This document shows, piece after piece, positions 17,531-25,935 of a stretch of 37,376 nt of DNA (position 1 is the first letter of the stretch; each line of letters starts with the position of its first letter). Origin of the DNA: Rhodospirillaceae bacterium. GTDB lineage: Bacteria > Pseudomonadota > Alphaproteobacteria > Dongiales > Dongiaceae. A program made the position numbers and the translations under genes. Location: contig JAEUKU010000032.1 in assembly GCA_016794075.1 (NCBI GenBank), forward strand, positions 1-37,376, in the 5' to 3' direction. Below the pieces are notes generated by a model. That model ran no database searches. It was not told where the DNA came from and worked only from the letters and a program-made list of their open reading frames with translations.

Positions 17531-17731
17531 ATGACGGCTTATATCCCTGATGTGTCAGAGGCTTCGCGGCCGGAGACTCCCGCCGGAAGCATCGTTCTGG
17601 GCTACCTCCGGGCCCTGGTGGCGGCGCGCGACTGCGCTGCGGCCGTTGAGGCGGGAAGGCGGCCCGGCGACGAATCCCTGCGCACCCTCGGCATCGATCC
17701 AGTCGCATTCGCCGAGGTCAAACTCTTCTAG
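17531..17731 (+). CDS. Small hypothetical protein (66 aa)
   Basis: AAGGAA RBS; AAAVEAGRRP...LRTLGIDP pattern recalls small alphaproteobacterial proteins (DUF1127-like C-terminus, from memory). Confidence 0.7.
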   Translation: MTAYIPDVSEASRPETPAGSIVLGYLRALVAARDCAAAVEAGRRPGDESLRTLGIDPVAFAEVKLF

Positions 17732-17851
17732 GAACCTGGACGGCTCGTCCCGGTTCTTAGGCTATGCCCCGGTTATCGGGGCCAACGCGCCGCAACCCTT
17801 CGCCAGATCACGGATGTACTGACTGGTGAAGCGGGAGCGGCGATCGTCTTT

Positions 17852-20761
17852 CTAGACTTCCGCCAGATCCCTGCGCAGCAGCTTCGCCAGTTCGGCCGCC
17901 ATTTCGGCGCGCCGGAACGGCTTGCTGAGCAGCGGGCGCAGCTCCGCCAGCGAATCCGAGGCGAAGCCGGAGATGAACAGCACCTTCAGTTCCGGGCGCA
18001 GCTTCTTCGCGCGCTCGGCGACATCCGGCCCGGCCATGCCGCCGGCGAGGATCACATCGGTGATCAGCACGTCTATCGGCCGGGGATTCTCGAGCACCGC
18101 GATCGCCTCCTTGCCGGTCGCCGCCTGGCTCACCTCGAATCCCAGGCTGCGCAGGATCGCCGCCGTGGTCGCGCGCACCGCCGCGTCGTCGTCGACCAGC
18201 AGGGCGCGCATGCCGTCGAAGGCGTCGGCGCGGCCGCCATCCGGCGCCGGGCCCGCGGCGCCGCCGGTCGCCACCGGAAGATAGAGCCGGATCGTGGTGC
18301 CGATGCCCGGCTCGCTGTAGAGGCGCAGCTGCCCCTTCGACTGTTTCGCCAGGCCGTAGACCATGCTGAGGCCGAGGCCGGTGCCCTGGCCGACCGGCTT
18401 GGTGGTGAAGAACGGCTCGACCGCGCGCGCCAGGACCTCCGGCGTCATGCCGATGCCGGTATCGGTGACCGAGATCCGCAGGCAGGGGCCGGGCTCCGCA
18501 GCCGGGGCCGGCGTCGCCGCCGTCTCGTCATCGGCGAGCCAGGTGCCGAGATCGACGCCGATCGTCAGCCTGCCCCCGCGCGGCATGGCGTCGCGCGCGT
18601 TGTTGGCGAGGTTGAGGATCGCGTTCTCGAGCTGGTTCGGGTCCACCAGCGCCTTCGGCAGGTCCGGCGCGGCGTTGATCGTCACCTCGATCAGTGCGCC
18701 GACCGAGCGCTTCAGCAGCGGCAGCAGGTCGACCAGCAGCTGGTGCAGGTCGGTCGACCGCGGGCTCAGCGGCTGGCGCCGGGCGAAGGCGAGCAGCCGC
18801 TTGGTCAGGGTGGCGCCGCGATCCGCCGCCCCCAGCGCCGCCTGGGCGAGGTCGGTCGCCGTCGCGTCGCCCTTGATGCGGCCGAGCAGGGCTTCCAGGT
18901 TGCCGATCACCACCGTGAGCAGGTTGTTGAAGTCGTGGGCGACGCCGCCGGTCAACCCGCCGATCGCTTCCATCTTCTTCGCTTGGGCCAGCTCGGCCTC
19001 GTGCAGCTTCGCCTCGGTGATGTCCTGCAGCACGCCGATGATGCGCACGACCTTGCCGTCGACGATGTCCTTGGTTGCCGTGCAATGCACCCAGCGCAAG
19101 GCCCCGCCCGGCCGTTGTATCCGGTACTGGATGTCGTGCGGCGCGCCTTCGGTGTCGAGGAAATACTGGTATTCGCGGCGCACCGCCTCGCGATCGTCGG
19201 GATGGACCAGGCGTTCGACGAATTCGGCGTCGGTGATCTGCAGCTCCTCCGGCCGCAGGCCGAGGATCGCGGCGCAGGCCGGCGAATACTGCGTGCGGCG
19301 CAGGCTCTGGTCGCGCGTGTCGCTGCCGCGCTCCGGCTGCCAGATCCAATAGCCCAGGCCGGCGATCCTCTGCACGTTCTCCAGCAGCGCCTGGTGCTGC
19401 CGCAAATCGGTGACGTCGATGGCGATGCCGTCCCAGAAGATGTTGCCGTCCTCGTCGGTGTAGCGCCGCGCCACGGATTGCACCCAGACCAGCTGGCCGT
19501 TGGGCCTGATGGCGCGGAATTCCTGCGTCAGGACCTCGTCGCCCTCGCACGAGGCGAGGATCGCCTCGTACATGCGCTTGCGGTCGTCGGGATGCACCAG
19601 CCGCACCAGCGATTCGGTGTCGAGTCGGAAATTCCCGGCCGGCGTGCCGAAGGCCTTGCGGAAGCCCTCGCTGGCGAAGGTGTATTCGACCGTGCCGGGC
19701 GGAATGAAGCGCCGCGTGAAAACGCCGCCGGGAATGTTCGCCAGCAGCCGCGCGAGGCGCCCTTCGCTCGCCGTCAGTTTCTCGACCGAGCTCAGCAGCG
19801 CCGCCCGCGACTGGCGCAACGCGGCCCAGAGCAGGAAGATCGCGCTGAGGATGGTGAGCAGCAGCACCAGCTTGCCCGGCAGGCTGGCGATCCAGCTGCT
19901 GAGCAGGTCCTGCACCGGCACCCCGGCGACGACCACCAGCGGCCAGCCGCGGGCGGTGCGAAAGGTCAGGATGCGCTCCTTGGAATCGGTGTCGACCTGG
20001 GCGCGGACGGTGCCGGTCGGCGCCTTCTTGAGGCCGTCGCCGAAGATCGGGCCCTCGAACTTGCGTCCGATATAGGGCTCCATCACCGGCCAGCGCGCGA
20101 GCAGGTAGCCGTCGGCGCGGAACACCGCGAAGGCGCTGCCATCGGCGAGGTCGACGGATTCGTAGGAGCGCAGCACCTGCGTGGCGTCGGTCAGCGCGAA
20201 TACCTCGATGGCCGGCCCGCCAGCGGGGGTGATGAACCTGTAGCGCATGGGCACGGTCGTGCCGCCGCCCGCGACGCCGTTCGTGGAATCCAACCGCACC
20301 GGAACGCCGATATTGACGTAGCCGAAGCCGAAGGGCGCCTCCGCGCTCGACCAGGAGACGGCGGCCAAGTCGATCTCGCCCGGTTCCGGCGTGACGGGCG
20401 ACAGGTTGAGCACCTCATGGCCGTCGACCCTGACGATGACGCGCAGGATGTCCCCGTCGTCGTTGAGCGCGCGCAGCGCCTCTTCGCGCAGCCCCGGCCG
20501 CGACGGGGCGGTGGATTTCAGGTGCCGCTCCACCACCTGCTGGATCGTGACGATCTCGCTGTTGACCTCGTTGAACTGACGCTCGGCGGTGTCCTGCAAT
20601 CCGGTAGCGAGCAATTGGGTCTGGCGCTCGCCCAGACGCAAGTCGCGCTCGTATTCCGCTTTCGCGCTGAGACCCAGCCACGCCGCGGCGACGGTGGCGG
20701 TGACGAACGCCAGGATGGTCGGCAGATAGCGGAGCCCCGATCCCAGCTTGATGGCCGGCAT
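17852..20761 (-). CDS. Hybrid sensor histidine kinase (Cache-like periplasmic domain, 2 PAS, HisKA, HATPase, REC)
   Basis: Two TM segments, two VHPDDR PAS motifs, H-box GGVAHDFNNLL, NARDAMP, DTGIGM, FFTTK, GTGLGL, REC LVDDD...LITDV. Confidence 0.95.
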   Translation of the reverse strand: MPAIKLGSGLRYLPTILAFVTATVAAAWLGLSAKAEYERDLRLGERQTQLLATGLQDTAERQFNEVNSEIVTIQQVVERHLKSTAPSRPGLREEALRALNDDGDILRVIVRVDGHEVLNLSPVTPEPGEIDLAAVSWSSAEAPFGFGYVNIGVPVRLDSTNGVAGGGTTVPMRYRFITPAGGPAIEVFALTDATQVLRSYESVDLADGSAFAVFRADGYLLARWPVMEPYIGRKFEGPIFGDGLKKAPTGTVRAQVDTDSKERILTFRTARGWPLVVVAGVPVQDLLSSWIASLPGKLVLLLTILSAIFLLWAALRQSRAALLSSVEKLTASEGRLARLLANIPGGVFTRRFIPPGTVEYTFASEGFRKAFGTPAGNFRLDTESLVRLVHPDDRKRMYEAILASCEGDEVLTQEFRAIRPNGQLVWVQSVARRYTDEDGNIFWDGIAIDVTDLRQHQALLENVQRIAGLGYWIWQPERGSDTRDQSLRRTQYSPACAAILGLRPEELQITDAEFVERLVHPDDREAVRREYQYFLDTEGAPHDIQYRIQRPGGALRWVHCTATKDIVDGKVVRIIGVLQDITEAKLHEAELAQAKKMEAIGGLTGGVAHDFNNLLTVVIGNLEALLGRIKGDATATDLAQAALGAADRGATLTKRLLAFARRQPLSPRSTDLHQLLVDLLPLLKRSVGALIEVTINAAPDLPKALVDPNQLENAILNLANNARDAMPRGGRLTIGVDLGTWLADDETAATPAPAAEPGPCLRISVTDTGIGMTPEVLARAVEPFFTTKPVGQGTGLGLSMVYGLAKQSKGQLRLYSEPGIGTTIRLYLPVATGGAAGPAPDGGRADAFDGMRALLVDDDAAVRATTAAILRSLGFEVSQAATGKEAIAVLENPRPIDVLITDVILAGGMAGPDVAERAKKLRPELKVLFISGFASDSLAELRPLLSKPFRRAEMAAELAKLLRRDLAEV

Positions 20762-20836
20762 GCGCCCTCCCGGCCGCCGGTTCCCGTCACCAGTGGCCCC
20801 CGATGGGAGTATTCAGTCTAGCATCGCCGCCCGGGC

Positions 20837-21703
20837 CTAGCGAGTCACGTCCTTCACGTAGGCGGCGAACTTGTCCTTGTAGTCCGGATGCCAGCGCGAC
20901 AAGGCGGGGCGGTTCTGGATGATGTCGTCAGCCGCCCACTGGATGCGCCGCGCGTCGAGGGCATGGCTCACATCGTTGTCGGGGCAGAGGATGTAGAAGC
21001 TCCCCTCCGCCAGGCGCTCGAGCAGGAAATCCACCACCTGGTCGGCGGTCCAGGCGCCGGCCGGCTTGGCGCTCTCCGGCGCGTCCACCGGGCGCCCGGT
21101 GATGCCGGTCCAGGCATGGCCGGGGATCAGCAGATGCGCCGTCGTCTTGCAGCCCGGCCGGTTGCGCAATTCGTGCGCCAGCGCCTCGGTCAGCACCTTC
21201 ACCCCCGCCTTGCTGACATTGTAGGCGGTGTCGCCGGGCGGGCAGGTGATGCCCTGCTTCGAGCCGGTGTTGATGACGAGGCCGGGCACGCCTTGCGCGG
21301 CGATGGCGTCGGCGAAGCATTGCACGCCGTTGATGACGCCCCACAGGTTGACGCCGAGCACCTTCTGCCAGCGCTCGTATTTCTCCGTCGGCCCGCCGCC
21401 ATTGCCGATGCCGGCGTTGTTCATCAGCACATGCACCGCGCCGAATTTCTGGAAGGCGAGCTGCTTCAGCCGCTGCACGTCGGTCAGCACCGAGACATCG
21501 GTGGCGACCGCCAGCACCTCCGCCTTGCTGGAGATCGCGGCGACCTCGGCCGCCGCCCGCTCCAGCGCAGCGCCCGCCAGATCCGCCAGCACCACCTTCA
21601 GGCCGAACCCGGCGAAGCGCTTCGCCGACGCGAGCCCGATGCCCGATGCGCCACCGGTGATCACGGCGACATTGCCTTTCGTAATGGCTGGATGCTGTTT
21701 CAT
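20837..21703 (-). CDS. SDR family oxidoreductase
   Basis: TGGASGIG, NNAG and YNVSK motifs. Confidence 0.93.
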   Translation of the reverse strand: MKQHPAITKGNVAVITGGASGIGLASAKRFAGFGLKVVLADLAGAALERAAAEVAAISSKAEVLAVATDVSVLTDVQRLKQLAFQKFGAVHVLMNNAGIGNGGGPTEKYERWQKVLGVNLWGVINGVQCFADAIAAQGVPGLVINTGSKQGITCPPGDTAYNVSKAGVKVLTEALAHELRNRPGCKTTAHLLIPGHAWTGITGRPVDAPESAKPAGAWTADQVVDFLLERLAEGSFYILCPDNDVSHALDARRIQWAADDIIQNRPALSRWHPDYKDKFAAYVKDVTR

Positions 21704-21776
21704 GCGTCAAATTCCCTCAAAGCGGCGCTGCGACGAATTTCCCTAGGACGCCCATCATAAGCCGAACGCGCCGCCC

Positions 21777-22301
21777 TTGGAACCGCGCGGCGAACTGCGT
21801 CATGATGCGCGCGGCGCCCGGTTCAAGTTGGAGTTCATGCGCGACCCTGATTTCATCGCCGCCTGCCATGAGCGGGTGCTCGACATCTATTACTACTGGG
21901 ACGAGAAGCGCGCCGGCCGCCTGATGCCGCGGCGGAGCGATCTCGATCCGCTGGAATTCCACCGCCTGCTGCCCGATGTCGGCCTGGTCGACGTGGTGCC
22001 GGACGAGCGCCGCTACGTCTATCGCCTGATCGGCACCAACGAGGCGCAGATGCGCGGCCGCGACCCGACCGGCCAGGCGGTCAAGGACGCCTATTTCGGC
22101 ACCAGCGTCGAGACCGTCTACCTGAACTACGACAAGGTCGTGCGCGACAAATGCCCGGTGATCGACCGCGACCCCAGCCGCACCAGCGACGACCGCTATA
22201 TCTGCCACGAAACCATCTTCCTGCCGCTTTCAGAGGACGGCGAGAATGTGAACATGGTGCTATTCCTGACCGTCTACGTGCCGGCCGCGACCATCCGATA
22301 G
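21777..22301 (+). CDS. Stand-alone PAS (PAS_5-like) domain protein
   Basis: YW..KR.GR.MPRRSDLDP, YRLIGT and LPLSEDG..VNM motifs; start uncertain (TTG 21777 or ATG 21837). Confidence 0.8.
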   Translation: MEPRGELRHDARGARFKLEFMRDPDFIAACHERVLDIYYYWDEKRAGRLMPRRSDLDPLEFHRLLPDVGLVDVVPDERRYVYRLIGTNEAQMRGRDPTGQAVKDAYFGTSVETVYLNYDKVVRDKCPVIDRDPSRTSDDRYICHETIFLPLSEDGENVNMVLFLTVYVPAATIR

Positions 22302-22387
22302 AGGACGGGCACGCCGGTGCCGATGGTTGCGGTGCCGTCGCCGCGTCGATACCATCGTGCCGTCCCGCTCAGGAAGGGAGCCGCGCC

Positions 22388-23260
22388 ATGCCAGCCTCGA
22401 ACGAGCAGAATTCTCCGGTCCTTGGTCCCAGGCCCGAGGATGTGACTGCGCATTATCGCGTGCCGCATCTGCTGGAAACGATCCGCACCGGCCTCGCCGC
22501 GCTGGGCAAGACGCCGGAGAGCATTACCGTCGACGATCTGGCGCCGATCGAGGAATTCCACATCGGCGGCCGCCCGGCGACGAAGGAAATACTGGACCAG
22601 CTTGTCCTGAAGCCCGGCTCCCAGGTGCTCGACATCGGCTGCGGCATTGGCGGGCCGGCGCGTTTCGCCGCCTCGGCTTATGGTGTGCGGGTCTGCGGCA
22701 TCGATCTGACCGCGGAGTATGTCGAAATCGGCCAGGAGCTCTGCCGCTGGGTCGGCCTTGCCGAGCGTGTCAGCCTGCGCCAGGCCAGCGCCACCGCCTT
22801 GCCCTTCACGCAAGGAACCTTCGATGCCGCCTACATGCTGCATGTCGGCATGAACATCGCTGAGAAGCAGACGCTGGCGCGCGAGGCGGCGCGGGTGCTG
22901 AAGCCCGGCGGCTTGTTCGCGGTCTACGATGTCATGTTGATGAACGACGAGCCGCTCAAGTTCCCGCTCCCCTGGGCCGCGCATGCGGGCCTCAGCAGCG
23001 TCGACGCGCCGAACGTTTACAAGGAGGCGCTGCAGCTCGCCGGATTCGACGTGGTGGCCGAGCGCAACCGCCGCGACTTCGCCATCGCCTTCTTCGAGAA
23101 CCTGCGCGCCAAACAGGAATCCGCCGGCAGCCCGCCGCCGCTCGGCCTGCACCAGGTGATGGGCGGCGACGCCAAGGTGAAGATGGCGAATATGCTGGAA
23201 AATCTGAAGGCGGGCCGGCTGGGGCCGTGCGAGATCATCGCGAGGAAGCGGGCGGGGTAG
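22388..23260 (+). CDS. Class I SAM-dependent methyltransferase
   Basis: EFHIGGRPAT, VLDIGCGIGGPAR, GIDLT and RVLKPGG motifs; GGGAG RBS. Confidence 0.92.
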   Translation: MPASNEQNSPVLGPRPEDVTAHYRVPHLLETIRTGLAALGKTPESITVDDLAPIEEFHIGGRPATKEILDQLVLKPGSQVLDIGCGIGGPARFAASAYGVRVCGIDLTAEYVEIGQELCRWVGLAERVSLRQASATALPFTQGTFDAAYMLHVGMNIAEKQTLAREAARVLKPGGLFAVYDVMLMNDEPLKFPLPWAAHAGLSSVDAPNVYKEALQLAGFDVVAERNRRDFAIAFFENLRAKQESAGSPPPLGLHQVMGGDAKVKMANMLENLKAGRLGPCEIIARKRAG

Positions 23261-23263
23261 GCG

Positions 23264-23482
23264 CTAAACCGGCGCCAACGCGCGCGCAACGCCTGCAGGC
23301 AGGCTCACTCCGATCGCATCGCCGACGCGGGAGCGGTGCTTCACCGTCACGCCGGCATGGGCGTCGCCCTCCACGCCGAGGACGGCCAGCAGGCGGATCG
23401 CGACTGTTGCGGGCTTGCGCATCGTGTGCGTGACGCTGCGCGCCACCGCGACGATGGTGGCGGTCGAAAATCCATGCGGCAC
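23264..23482 (-). pseudogene. MOSC-domain gene with an in-frame internal deletion (72 aa remnant)
   Basis: MOSC-type N-terminus IRLLAVLGVEGDAHAGVTVKHRSRV joined directly to a MOSC-type C-terminus GDAIGVSLPAGVARALAPV*; no Cys in the remnant. Confidence 0.7.
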
Positions 23483-23483
23483 G

Positions 23484-24848
23484 TCAGAGCTTCCCCAGTT
23501 GCGTCGCCAGGACATAGCCGAGGATAATCGCCGGCGCCACCCAGCGCAGCAGCAGGCGCAGCGCGGCGAGGAGCCGCCGCGCGCCGCGGCCAAGCTCCGC
23601 CGCGTAGAGCGATTCCGGCAGGAACCAGCCGGCGAAGACCGCGAGCGCGAGGCCGCAGGCCGGCAGCAGGACATTCGAGGCGAGGCTGTCCACCGCGTCG
23701 AAGATGCCGAGATCGAAGCCGAGCCCGGCGAGCGGCCGCGCCTCCGCCCACAGGTTGAAAGAGAGCATGGAAGGCAGGCCGCCGATCCAAGCCGCCACGG
23801 CGACCGCGATCGTCACCCTGGCGCGGCCGAAGCCGGTGGCGCGGATCAGCGGCGCCGTCACCACCTCGAACAGCGAGATGGTCGAGGCCAGCCCCGCCAC
23901 GAACAGCAGCAGGAAGAACGCCGCGCCGACCACGTCGCCGAAGGGCAGGGCGCCGAAGGCGATGGGCAGCGTGAGGAACATCAAATTGGCGCCGCCCGCC
24001 GGGTCCAGCCCCTCGGCGAAGACGATGGGGAAGATGGCGATGCCGGCCATCAGCGAGATGAGCGTGTCGCCGGCCAAGGTGGTGATTGCCGCGCGCGTCA
24101 AATCGAAGCTCTCTCCGGCATAGGCGGCATAGGTGATCATCACTCCCATGCCGACGCCGATGGAGAAGAAGCCGAGGCCGAGCGCGTCGAGCGCCGCGCG
24201 TGGCGACACCGCCTGCCAATGCGGCACCAGCAGGAAATCGAGCGTGCGCGCCAGATCGCCCTCGATCGCCGCATAGACGACCAGCGCCAGCATCAGCACG
24301 GCCAGCAGCGGCATCAGGAAGGTGCAGGCGGCCTCGACGCCCTTGCGCACGCCGCGCGCGACGACCAGGGCCGCGACGGCGAGGAAGGCCGCCTGCCAGA
24401 ATCCGAGATGCAGCGGCGATCCGGTCAGCTCGGCGAAGGCGGCGGCGCTCGCCGCCTGGTCGCTGCCGGCGAAACCGGCGGTCAGCGCGTGCGGCACATA
24501 GGCCATGGTCATGCCGGCGATGACCGCATAATAGGTCAGGATCACGAAGCCGGTGGCGATGCCGGCAAGCCCGATCCAGCGCCAGTGCGGCGATCTTCTG
24601 GCCTCGATCGCGACGCGCTGCAGGCTGAGTGCCGCGCCGCCGCGCCCGCGCCGGCCGATGACGAATTCCGCCAGCAGCAGCGGGAAGACCACCAGCAGCA
24701 GGCCGAGCAGGTAGAACAGCAGGAACCCGCCGCCGCCATTCTCGCCGACCTCGTAGGGGAACTTCCAGATCGAGCCGAGCCCGACCGCCGACCCGATCGT
24801 CGCCAGCACGAACCCAACCCCGCTCGCAAACCGCTCGCGCTCAGCCAT
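23484..24848 (-). CDS. Sodium-dependent transporter (NSS/SNF family)
   Basis: RERF, GSAVGLGSIWKFPY..GENGGG and FFSIGVG....ITYAAY motifs; ATG 24848 with GGAG RBS. Confidence 0.93.
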   Translation of the reverse strand: MAERERFASGVGFVLATIGSAVGLGSIWKFPYEVGENGGGGFLLFYLLGLLLVVFPLLLAEFVIGRRGRGGAALSLQRVAIEARRSPHWRWIGLAGIATGFVILTYYAVIAGMTMAYVPHALTAGFAGSDQAASAAAFAELTGSPLHLGFWQAAFLAVAALVVARGVRKGVEAACTFLMPLLAVLMLALVVYAAIEGDLARTLDFLLVPHWQAVSPRAALDALGLGFFSIGVGMGVMITYAAYAGESFDLTRAAITTLAGDTLISLMAGIAIFPIVFAEGLDPAGGANLMFLTLPIAFGALPFGDVVGAAFFLLLFVAGLASTISLFEVVTAPLIRATGFGRARVTIAVAVAAWIGGLPSMLSFNLWAEARPLAGLGFDLGIFDAVDSLASNVLLPACGLALAVFAGWFLPESLYAAELGRGARRLLAALRLLLRWVAPAIILGYVLATQLGKL

Positions 24849-24931
24849 GAATGCTCCCTGTTGTGGCGCGCATCCTAGCGGGCAAGGATGACAGGGGGTA
24901 GACGCCGGCTGTCGACGCACACTCGGTAGGC

Positions 24932-25120
24932 CCCTTCCCCCCTTGCGGGGGAAGGTGGGGAAGGGGGGTGATGCAGCGCCGGATCTTTCCGCAGCGAATC
25001 ATCGCCCAGTATCGCCTCCGGCGATGCGCGCCCTCAGGCGCGCCACCCCCCATCCGGCTCCGGCTAGGCTCGCTCACGCTCGCCAAGCCTCCGCTGCCTT
25101 CCCCCGCAAGGGGGGAAGGG
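24932..25120. repeat. MITE/REP-like element, family B, with perfect 24-bp terminal inverted repeats
   Basis: CCCTTCCCCCCTTGCGGGGGAAGG (24932-24955) is the exact reverse complement of 25097-25120; no transposase inside. Confidence 0.85.
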
Positions 25121-25146
25121 AAGTATTGCTCCTGATTACCTCTCAA

Positions 25147-25935
25147 CTATCCCCCGCGCGACGCCAGATACGCGTCGATGAGCTCCAGCATCCGCGCGCG
25201 GCCGAAGCTCGGCTCGTGGCCACCATGCACCACGTTGACCGGCAGCTCGCGCAGCCGCTTCATGGTGCGGAGATAGGCCGGCACGTCGCCGTCCTCGAAC
25301 TGGTCGAGCAGCGGCCCGTCATAGAGCGCGTCGCCGGAGAAGAGGGTGCCGGTCGCCGCTTCCCACAGGCCGATGCTGCCCGGCGAATGGCCGGGCAGAT
25401 GCAGCACCTCGAAGGCCCGGTCGCCGGTGTCGAGGATCTGACCCTCTTCCAGCAGCTGCGTGGCCTTCGCCGGTTTCGCGGCGAAGCGCGTGGGATCGAA
25501 GCCCGCATGGGGCAAAGCGGTGATCAGCGGCCCCGGCACGCAATCGGCATATCCCGCCGCCTGCATCTTGCGCATGCCCTCGGCGCCGAAATAGGCCTCG
25601 ACGGTCAGCGCCCGCGGCTCGCGCGCCTCTTCGAGATCTTCGGCCTCCAGGGCGTGCACGCAGCATTCGGCGAATTCGTGATGCCCGCCGACATGGTCGC
25701 CATGCGTGTGCGTGGCAATGGCCTTGACCGGCTTGTCGATCAGATGCCGCGTGGCGTCGTGCAGACTGGCGACGCCCAGGCCGGTGTCGATCAAGAGGTC
25801 GCGGTCCCGCCCACGCACATGCCAGACGTTGCAGCGCATGAGCGGGATCACATGCGGCTCCCACAGCCAGGTGACGCCGTTATCCAGGCGTTTCGTGTCG
25901 AACCAGCGCTCGGCGATCTTCAAGGTCATGCTCAT
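25147..25935 (-). CDS. MBL-fold metallo-hydrolase
   Basis: LIDTG, THTHGDHVGG, PGHSPGS, FSGD and GGH motifs; ATGA overlap with the upstream ABC gene. Confidence 0.92.
   Translation of the reverse strand: MSMTLKIAERWFDTKRLDNGVTWLWEPHVIPLMRCNVWHVRGRDRDLLIDTGLGVASLHDATRHLIDKPVKAIATHTHGDHVGGHHEFAECCVHALEAEDLEEAREPRALTVEAYFGAEGMRKMQAAGYADCVPGPLITALPHAGFDPTRFAAKPAKATQLLEEGQILDTGDRAFEVLHLPGHSPGSIGLWEAATGTLFSGDALYDGPLLDQFEDGDVPAYLRTMKRLRELPVNVVHGGHEPSFGRARMLELIDAYLASRGG

Noticed and set aside
25147-25935. Bona fide metallo-beta-lactamase resistance gene
   Set aside because: No signal peptide, and HxHxDH is shared by the whole MBL superfamily
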